Assembly (NCBI RefSeq): GCF_003428155.1
Contig: NZ_QLIR01000019.1
Coordinates: 1 to 31,241 of the forward strand
DNA length: 31,241 bases
Direction of reading: 5' to 3'
DNA from: Fastidiosibacter lacustris
Lineage (GTDB): Bacteria > Pseudomonadota > Gammaproteobacteria > Francisellales > Francisellaceae
Of this stretch, positions 18,901-26,700 are shown piece after piece. Made by a program: the position numbers and the translations under genes. Each line of letters starts with the position of its first letter. The stretch's first letter is position 1. The notes under the pieces are model-generated. The model worked only from the letters and a program-made list of their open reading frames with translations. It was not told where the DNA came from and made no database searches.

Positions 18901-21679
18901 CACCCTCTTGCCATAAAGGATGATTTTTATCACTCGAAATATTCTGAATTTCAGTTTCAGAAATCTCTACAGGTTTAACTGTACAGCTTGTATATTTTAT
19001 GCCGCTTGTATCATAAGGATTATGACTGATATGAGAAATAAGAGGATTAAAACATAAAGACTTTTCCTCAATCACTTCAGTTGTTGGCTCAAGCGTATAA
19101 CTTAATTTTCTTTTTCTGTAGTCATCATTGATCATGACTATTGTTTTTCCATCTTCTCTTTGAACCGCCGTAACATTCCCTTTTTCATCGTAAAAAAAGC
19201 GTCTGACATTAGGCGATTGATTGCCAATTTCATCATAATAATAACTAACAATTGACATGAGTAATCCAGCTTCATAATATTTTTCTTCTACCGGATAAAA
19301 TCCATCTCTAGTCTGGTTTTGCACTTCCGTACGCGTTACCCTTCCTTCATTATCATAATAAGTTTTATTGATATAACCTTTAGACCCTGTTGTTGGCGTA
19401 ATAAGCTTCATTTCAAGAAGATATCCTGCCTCATTTTTATCGCTTAACACTTTGTAGGTATAGATTATTGTTTGTTTTAAGTTCGCTCTGCCATTAGGTA
19501 GGTAACTTATTCTCTTTACCCTTCCCAAAGCATCATAATCTTCATAGATAATTTCATCTTTAGACACTGGATTAACTACTCTAACCAATCCACCATACGC
19601 ATTGAAAAATTGATGCTCACTTTCATGCTTAATCGGCACTAAACCTATAGTTTTGTCAGCTTGTAAATCTCTTTGCTCTGTCCATAACTCATAGCCATCA
19701 TTTCCATATTCAGACAACTTAATGCTGTTATCTATATAGGCATTTTGTCCTTTAATTAACTCTGTAGATTGATTGACTGCACCATATAAAGCGCTGCTAG
19801 GAATTGAGTTTACCTTGTATTCTGTAGAATTCATTTTTTTGCCATTAAAAAAACTTGTCATCCGGTTTACATAAGGTGCTTTTAGCACATATGAGGTTCC
19901 ATTAACGTTCACTTGAGTTTCGAGTAAAGATAAATTGTCATTTGTAACTAATGCCGTTTTAGTTGAGTCATACATGTACATTTTCTGTTGCTTTAACATG
20001 GCTTGTTCAGCTTGAGATTCAGGATAATACTGGAACTCAACAACATTACCAAAAGCATCTACTGCATGCTTTAAAGCACCTCTATATTTACCTGCTTCCT
20101 TAGTTTCACTATTATAATAAGCATATACTCCTATAAAACGCTTAGCCTCTTCATTTCCTAAAAGGTCGAATACAGAATAAGTAACTTTTTCAGGAAACTG
20201 ATAGCTATCTGATAGATTAGAAAATGCCTGCGTTTTACTACTATAGACACTTTGATTATACTCATTACTTTGCGAATCAATTTCCTTCCAGATTAACTTT
20301 TCCTTAGCTTTGCTTGTTTGATCTTTCATTTCAAGTGCTACACTTATGCCAACGGATTGATGTAAATAATTAAAGCTCTGTTTTACTTTCATCGTGCGAA
20401 GTTCATTATCCAATCCATTAAACACGGGAGTCTTACTGGTTATCCAGTTTGTATAGCCATACACCCCATCTAAATGCTCTAACCCACACTCCAACATCCA
20501 ATCTAACAAAGGATTTTTTTCAATTTGATCAAACGTAGCTTTAGAACACCAAATATTATTACCTGCGAAATTTCGTCCATCTGCATCATGATAATAATCA
20601 AACGTTTGATCTTTGCTATAACGATTAGACAGATGTTTAGTAAATTGACTGACATGAACATTATTATATGGCACTGGAGTTGTTTTACCGTCAATCACAT
20701 AGCTAACAGTCTTTATTCCATCGTAGTTAAATTGATACTTTACACCATTTGGAAATATAATCTCAGTGATATTGCTCAAATCTTGATAACTTAAACTTAC
20801 TTTTTGTGCTAATGGATTGAGAAGATAAATATTCTTGCCATTTTGATCTTCATATATTCTAAAGGTCTGCTCACGACCAAACGGATCAAGATATATAATA
20901 TCCGTTTGGGATGGCATTTTTAAAACATTTACTATAACGTCGCCACGCTTATTTTTAATTTTAATTCCATCTTGATCATATACAAATTGAATATAGTCCC
21001 CCTTATTATTTAAAATTAGCGCCAAAGGATATAAATAACTGCCATACGTCTCTACTCGTTTAAACACGTAGATTGTTCCATCCTCTTCAGTTATCTTAAC
21101 TTCTCCTTCATCTATAAATTCAATCTTACTTCTTTGAAGTTTAGTGTAAAATAATTTGCCTATTTTTTTTCCATGAACTTCCTCTACCTCAAAAGATTCA
21201 TTTTTCTGATCCAGGTTTAGCCTATAATATTGCTTGCCATTGACTCCATGCTGAATTTGTATATAAGGAATATTAAGTGATAAATCTTTGCTTACAAATA
21301 AGCGGTTTAAAGGGTTAAGGGCATTGTTATTATTAATGGTTAAATTAAAACTCAATGGCGATATTGGCGTACTTCTTATTTGCACAATTTGATTAGCAAA
21401 ATTAAGTTTTAACGTTGCAGGGTTAATTGACAAACTCACCGGTAAATTAGCATTACCAGCCAATGACTGAAAGCTATTACCATTATTCACCTGTGCGAAA
21501 TTTTGCAGTAAATTAAGCGTCTTGTTATTGTCTAAGAGCGTTGTCAAATTGCTCTTTGTATTTTTATCCTCCACACTTGAGTCTGTAACTAAAACCTTTC
21601 CATAGCTAGGTTCTATTACAAAAGCTAAGATATACGCTAGATTCGTCAACATCACACATGAGTTTTTAATTAACATCAT
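15947..21679 (-). CDS. Sec-signal RHS/YD-repeat cocoon protein with a C-terminal hydrophobic module and a minimal protein-kinase-like cargo (paralog 1)
   Basis: Signal peptide MMLIKNSCVMLTNLAYILAFVIEPSYG|K. It has many YD repeats (YDALGRVKRISY, YDNEGRVTR, YDEKGNVTAV, YDDYGNVIK, YDQNGNVHV, YDVLGRLSKV, YNKLGQKSEK, YDENGNIVQM). The RHS core end is 'YRAYNSELRIFMKHDGASPF..GINGYSYASNNPVNFFDPTGH' (DPTGH = 16802-16816), followed by a 284-aa tail. AGGAG lies just upstream of the two tandem ATGs. Confidence 0.85.
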   Translation of the reverse strand: MMLIKNSCVMLTNLAYILAFVIEPSYGKVLVTDSSVEDKNTKSNLTTLLDNNKTLNLLQNFAQVNNGNSFQSLAGNANLPVSLSINPATLKLNFANQIVQIRSTPISPLSFNLTINNNNALNPLNRLFVSKDLSLNIPYIQIQHGVNGKQYYRLNLDQKNESFEVEEVHGKKIGKLFYTKLQRSKIEFIDEGEVKITEEDGTIYVFKRVETYGSYLYPLALILNNKGDYIQFVYDQDGIKIKNKRGDVIVNVLKMPSQTDIIYLDPFGREQTFRIYEDQNGKNIYLLNPLAQKVSLSYQDLSNITEIIFPNGVKYQFNYDGIKTVSYVIDGKTTPVPYNNVHVSQFTKHLSNRYSKDQTFDYYHDADGRNFAGNNIWCSKATFDQIEKNPLLDWMLECGLEHLDGVYGYTNWITSKTPVFNGLDNELRTMKVKQSFNYLHQSVGISVALEMKDQTSKAKEKLIWKEIDSQSNEYNQSVYSSKTQAFSNLSDSYQFPEKVTYSVFDLLGNEEAKRFIGVYAYYNSETKEAGKYRGALKHAVDAFGNVVEFQYYPESQAEQAMLKQQKMYMYDSTKTALVTNDNLSLLETQVNVNGTSYVLKAPYVNRMTSFFNGKKMNSTEYKVNSIPSSALYGAVNQSTELIKGQNAYIDNSIKLSEYGNDGYELWTEQRDLQADKTIGLVPIKHESEHQFFNAYGGLVRVVNPVSKDEIIYEDYDALGRVKRISYLPNGRANLKQTIIYTYKVLSDKNEAGYLLEMKLITPTTGSKGYINKTYYDNEGRVTRTEVQNQTRDGFYPVEEKYYEAGLLMSIVSYYYDEIGNQSPNVRRFFYDEKGNVTAVQREDGKTIVMINDDYRKRKLSYTLEPTTEVIEEKSLCFNPLISHISHNPYDTSGIKYTSCTVKPVEISETEIQNISSDKNHPLWQEGDQYHYGIIMQPDFRYTDETGGRMALYSKDQAVKEQIQALVAEAKKGRWLDRYALTTLADSIKKTCSSPNQNCMAMSFIKTQMKEGIPMQSENMVEGLMETYEYDKEQIGVLIGKTTSYKVGKVWHRLSELKYQYDDYGNVIKTELIDKINNKVIKVGTQSFSSLGYLLSSTTLLNDDKENIKIKYDVNSGLPIEFQDAKGNKVVTIYDEIWMSPKTALFYNTLGDKEFEINWTYDQNGNVHVLEKKEASGKLVSKTEYHYDPVTLSLTQLDMLYPDGSQRRLDLRYNSYGTLVEKSYQADGKVVLTQKSQSNYLGMLEKAEYQGASPVSLGVNYNPNLTVNELWQNNIKGQTYRYDVLGRLSKVENYLNGTMMRAYNYSYNKLGQKSEKIIQTEDNAESNLRESIERYSYTALGQLQSFICKGFECPITPDGKVLKEEYYLYNDALNQLKQVQSVTKDGAISVMHYSYDHKDPTQVSKIETKDNSIVLSYDENGNIVQMAEKNTPSELVTHQFTYDAAQNLIRLNMQDKEIGYTYDTNDRQVMVELKDSKTGKNSSQVNYYLDSLIEQKVESDARYYVGGGSIYHGEYQAQINDGFNVTGNVVANKIEGNYVYTPYGYMSDLNQAEKFALSVQKNNLSYRMTAQDQATGWQFLGDGYRAYNSELRIFMKHDGASPFGIGGINGYSYASNNPVNFFDPTGHATEADQKQIMSAMDVFAKNYKGGILIGVGAFLLSLVVSFIPGVGLYLPVLIGFVAEVITNVVLTGVVFGWGEVANNWQQFTLAGLINVAMGLGFVALGATIVRFYYVARYAPKGAHTQTFFKAVSNKQIKKDWIQNRTIEGYRLDKIIGKGEEGRVFLALKNEEKVAIKFKHKNKGVKSLQEEADNFNRFYSKREPELATAKYVKQDKALIMPYFEGQTVKKKLQLLEAGQDKYNRLLKDYQDFKKNYNQDRSFYLPDFHQGNVIIDNEGKFRVIDFSHLVNRK

Positions 21680-21709
21680 ATACTCCTAAAGCTTTCCGCT
21701 TATCTTAAC

Positions 21710-23698
21710 TCACCATCTAACACTTGGAACTAATTGCAATTTTTCATTTTTTTCTATATTAAGGATACAAGGAACTTTGCGTGGAGTTTTATACTGCTCT
21801 GTCTCTGTTGCTTCACACGCATAAGGACCTATTTTAAAATAACTATCAAATACTGCATAAACTACAACAACTTGCCTATGTGTCCTATTGTCTTGTGAAG
21901 AGATGCCAATACTATTTGCACCCCATGGATTTAATGGTATAACTTCTGTTTTACCAAATGTCGAAAATATAATTTCATCAATTTTTGGATAAACATACAT
22001 CGTTGTATTTAAACTATCTGTACCCTTAACAACGGTAAAAATCTCATCTTGATGCTCCATGCTAGCTGTTATGGCAATATGACCATCGGTATCAAAAGTC
22101 CCTTTATATTGTTTCTCACCAATATAGAAATCAAAACTCTTTCCATTTAAATCAATGTAGGATTCATCTGATAGCGCTTCCACACAAGGTTGATTTGCTA
22201 TAGGTTCAAAGTCTTGAAAAATTGATTCTGCCATAACATTGTCTAATTTAATATAACCTGTTGGAGAACAAATCTTAAACATCACTTTATTAGGAGATAA
22301 TAAAATCGTAGCACCCGATGATGTTTTGGTATAATCACATATCCATGAGCTAGGTGTCATATCACAATCTTCCCTTGTACCATCTTGCATAACTTTAACT
22401 TTATAAGGAGCTTCATTTTCCACAACTGAAAACTGTAAGTTAACCTGTTTAGGTAAGTAGTCGTCCAATGCTGTCAAAACTTGGAACGTTCTTGGATTTA
22501 ATATACCTTTATCTAAAAGGGGTATAGGTTTAAAAGCATCTTTTTCTGGGCTTTGAAACGAATGTAACGTTAAATTTGAACGATTAACAATCGTTAATTG
22601 ATTACGTATTTCAGGACCACATGCTGTAATACTAATGTCCGCTTTTTGGTTTTGTGCTTGACTCAAATCAAGCATATCAGCCACATTAATCCCTGAATAC
22701 ATATATAAATATGCAGAATTAGCAATAGTTGCTGTTGTCCCTACAATCGAATAATAATAAGTATTCCAATTCATACTATAAGGCTTAAAATCTAACCCAC
22801 GAGCAAGCTTCTTATTTTCCCCTTCTGCACTATAACCAACAGTTTCTATTGTACATAATCCCTGTGTTGTATTATTTTTTAAAGTAATTTTAAAGCTAGG
22901 ATAGAAAAATCCTTCCCCTACATAGCTCAATCCTTCTTTTTCAGGATAACCATTACGATAAGACTTCAAAATACTAGGCTCAAAAGTAAAAGTATAAGAA
23001 TCATAAGGATTGATAACTTTACCAACTGGGTCTTGTGAATTTACCCATTTAATACAAGGCAGCCTATTTTTTTCTTCTGCTGCATTTTTTACTGGTGGAC
23101 ACACACTGGAAACAGAAACAATACTAAGTGAATAAGCAGACGCGTTATTAATTGTCAATTTTGGGGTTTTGTTTACGCTTTTATCTGTAATTGAATACCG
23201 ATAATCTTGTGGATATGACATGCTTTTTGAAAAATTGCTTGAGTTATTACTTGCAATCTGAAACTCATCTTGTTGATTAATATAGATTGAATACCGACAT
23301 TGATCAGAACAACCTTCTATCATCACATATTGCGATATATCCGTATTGTTACGCAAACTTCGATAAGGGGATGAATCAACATGTTTGACTCTATATGTGA
23401 ACGCTTTATTGACCGTGCCATCCGTGCTTTTAATATTAAAATCAAAATATTTATTTCTACTTGTACAGCCCCCAAAAAAATTTTCACTTTCTTCAGTATA
23501 AAAGGTTTTGCTATTTTTTTTATTCACCATATTACTTGCTAGATCTTTTGGATACCAACAGTCATTTTTCCCTTGAGAAATTTGATAATCTTGATCTGAA
23601 TCGTTATAAATGGTTAAGAAATGGCCTTGTCCTGCATAAACAAAAGTAGCACTACTTAATAAACCGATTAAATATAATATTTTATTGATATTGCTCAT
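21710..23698 (-). CDS. secreted cysteine-rich protein of unknown family (662 aa) with repeated 'LTIxNxS' modules
   Basis: Signal peptide MSNINKILYLIGLLSSATFVYA|GQ, and 14 Cys in the mature part. LTIYNDS (aa 28), LTINNAS (aa 181) and LTIVNRS (aa 368) each open a beta-rich stretch. GGAGA lies 6 nt before the ATG. The gene is 19 nt after the upstream stop and 30 nt before the next start. Confidence 0.75.
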   Translation of the reverse strand: MSNINKILYLIGLLSSATFVYAGQGHFLTIYNDSDQDYQISQGKNDCWYPKDLASNMVNKKNSKTFYTEESENFFGGCTSRNKYFDFNIKSTDGTVNKAFTYRVKHVDSSPYRSLRNNTDISQYVMIEGCSDQCRYSIYINQQDEFQIASNNSSNFSKSMSYPQDYRYSITDKSVNKTPKLTINNASAYSLSIVSVSSVCPPVKNAAEEKNRLPCIKWVNSQDPVGKVINPYDSYTFTFEPSILKSYRNGYPEKEGLSYVGEGFFYPSFKITLKNNTTQGLCTIETVGYSAEGENKKLARGLDFKPYSMNWNTYYYSIVGTTATIANSAYLYMYSGINVADMLDLSQAQNQKADISITACGPEIRNQLTIVNRSNLTLHSFQSPEKDAFKPIPLLDKGILNPRTFQVLTALDDYLPKQVNLQFSVVENEAPYKVKVMQDGTREDCDMTPSSWICDYTKTSSGATILLSPNKVMFKICSPTGYIKLDNVMAESIFQDFEPIANQPCVEALSDESYIDLNGKSFDFYIGEKQYKGTFDTDGHIAITASMEHQDEIFTVVKGTDSLNTTMYVYPKIDEIIFSTFGKTEVIPLNPWGANSIGISSQDNRTHRQVVVVYAVFDSYFKIGPYACEATETEQYKTPRKVPCILNIEKNEKLQLVPSVRW

Positions 23699-23717
23699 CG
23701 TTATTCTCCATTTATAT

Positions 23718-26700
23718 TTATTGCTCTAAATAATCATCTATATGTCCTCTTATCTTAGAACATATCATAGCAGCGCACCTACCTTCACCTCCCAATTTTA
23801 TTGGAAGATCATTTTGTATATTTTGAATAGTAGCGCCAGTAGAAAACTTATAATCTGAGTTTATATCCTTAAATTTTACTCTCCAAAACATACCAAATCT
23901 TTGATTTTTTGAGGATTCAGTTAATAAAATACTAATATTATCTTCATTTATATCAGCAAGCTGTTTTGAAAGAGCACTTTCCCCTTCTCCTAGGAAACCA
24001 TGACCTTTTAACTTACTCATCTTGTCGCCCACATTACTTATTTTATGTAATGCATCTTCCATACTATCTTCAGGAAATATCCTTAGTTTTTCATACTCTT
24101 GGTTTGTCACTTTCTCATTCATAACCTCTCCTTCGTTAACTTTAAGAGATTGAGATTGCCTTACAGAGTTTTGCCTTATTATCGATTGCCTTCCTTGATT
24201 AACATTATCTATCATAGTCCCTTGAACAGTTGTTGGATCACGTTCAAGTAAAGAACCAATATCATTTTTGAGCTTACTTTCAACTTCTAGACCTTTTGCT
24301 TTAATAACTTTGTTACTAGGTAACTTCTTTATACTCCGAAAAGCTGCCATTCTATTTCCTTTAGGAATATATTTCACTACAAAATATAATCGTGATAGCA
24401 ACAATGCCCCAGCAATAAAAGTAAATCCTATTGCTGCATTTAGGAATGCCGCGCCAATAAAAGCACCTACTTGATCTTTTGCTACTCCCCAGCCCATCAA
24501 TCCCCAGGTGGCAAGAAAACCCACCGCTACTTCCGCAACAAAGCCAATAATTAGCCCTGCAATCAAATTCACCCCTGGAATAAACGCGATGATTGTGCCT
24601 ATGACTAGTGATAGCCCTCCTACAATCGCTGCTGCTTGCCAAGTGGAGATAAATAAATCAATTGCAGTGGTGATCTTCTTCTGATCGCCTTCTGTGACAT
24701 GCCCTGTTGGATCAAAAGCATTTATCGGATCATTCCCTGCATAACTATAACCATTAACTCCGCCTGATCCCCAAGGTGACCATGAGTCATGCTTCATAAA
24801 TACTCTCAGCTCAGGATTATATGCACGATAGCCTTCCCCTAAGAACTGCCAATTGGTTTCCCTATCGGTATTTATCATCCTATAACCCAAATTACTTTTT
24901 TGCACACTTAACGCTAATTGCTGCGCCTGATATAGGCTTGCAATCTGGCTATCCGTCTGTTCACCAAATGGGGTATAGACAAAATTGCCTTCTATAACAT
25001 TATTTTTCACATTTCCAGTTATATTAAATCCATCTGTGATCACTCGCTCATACTCACCTTTATAGAGGCTACCATCACCAACGTAATATCGACTATCTAC
25101 ACCAATTTTTTGCTCCATTAAGCCTGATAGATAATAATTCACTTGCTTCTTATCAGTTTTTGCTTTTACATCCGTTACACTTTCTTCAATTTGGCGACCA
25201 AACATGTCATAAACATAACGAATAACTTTGCTGTCTGTTTTTAGTTCTATCAGATTTTGAGCTGCATCATAACGCAGAGTATGAGCTTCTTTTGTACCAT
25301 CTTTCTTCTCTTTATCCATGGCAATAACATTACCATTCTTATCATATTGCAACAATGTAGTGATGGTTTGTGACTCTACTTTACTGACTTGCGTAGGATC
25401 TGGATTAGCATAAAAGTAGCGTGTTATATCTGTATTGCTATCGCCAAACTCTCGTTTCACTTCTAATAATTTATTCAATACATCATCATAACTATATTGC
25501 TCTTTACTAATTATATTACCCTGAGCTTTAGGGCACTCTGCTCCTTCACAGCTAAATACCGATAATTGCCCTAATGGCGTATAGTCATAACGTTGCACCG
25601 TCTTAACTAAATTAGAAGACTCATCATCTTCTGTCCACGACGTTCTTTGCGCTTTTTGACCTAATCTATTGTAGTCATATGCATAGCTTCTCATTTTTAT
25701 TGCATTTAACACATTATCTATGCCTATTAATCGCCCCAAACTGTCATAATTAAAGATTCGTCCCACCTTGTCATTATATGAAACAGCACGCTCTAATAAA
25801 TCAGTCTGATAATCAACCATAATCGTACTATTTACTTGACCACTATAGGTTACCTTTATCGGTAACCCTAAATGATTACTCTTGTAGCTTTGTTGCCAAA
25901 TGAATCCATCTTCTTTGTTGTATGTTTTTTGAACTAATGTCTCATATCCATTATAGTTAAATGTAAGCTTTCTCATGCTTCCATCAGGATAACTCATCTT
26001 GATGTTTGTAAGCTCTAAGGTTACAGTATGGTAATCATAGGAAATCTCACTAATGAGATGACCCAAATGATCATCCTTGCGAATTTTGGCAATATCACCA
26101 TTGGCATTATAGCTATAGTAAATTACAAAACCATCCTCGAAAATTTTACCTTCATAAACAACTTTACTTGGTCTTAATTTCCATATCTCATTTTCATAAT
26201 ATATCTTGATACCATTACCTTCAGCATCTTTCATCCATATCGGTAAACCTGTCAATTTATCATAACCAAATGTGCTATTTTGACCAATTTCATTGATTAA
26301 ACTTGTACTGCTTAGTAAGTAACCCAATGATGTGTAAGTTCTTTCTCCTATGTGATAGACATCATTGCTCTGTCTGCCAGCAGCAATCTCTGAATTGTAT
26401 CCCCCTTTCGCTACCTTTACTTTTATAACGTGACCATAGTTATCATAATCATAATAAGTGGTACTTAATGCTTGCTCCTCATGATTATTATTTTTATAAA
26501 GCTTCACTTCTGCGATTAATTTTGTCTGATCTTTAGTGTCATAGATATATTCAACTGCCCAGCCATTGACCAAATCCCGTTGTTTTTCTGGTAATTGTAA
26601 ATCATTGAGTCTAGTCGTATTAAAACTCAGAGCTTGACAGTTTCCAGATAAACAATCTCTCCTTACCTGCTCAGATAATTCAATGAGATTTTTCCTATCC

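Noticed and set aside
21710-23698. The 662-aa protein as an outer-membrane beta-barrel (it ends in ...LQLVPSVRW, an aromatic C-terminus) or as an immunity protein.
   Set aside because: The terminal pattern only partly fits a beta-signal (Pro at -5), and 14 cysteines is atypical for OMP barrels. It is far larger than Rhs immunity proteins and is exported, whereas immunity proteins act where the toxin would act.
23721-24356. 'GFLGEGESA' in RHS cargo 2 as a kinase glycine-rich loop, making both cargos kinases.
   Set aside because: No VAIK-type lysine, catalytic D..N loop or DFG equivalent follows at the expected spacing.
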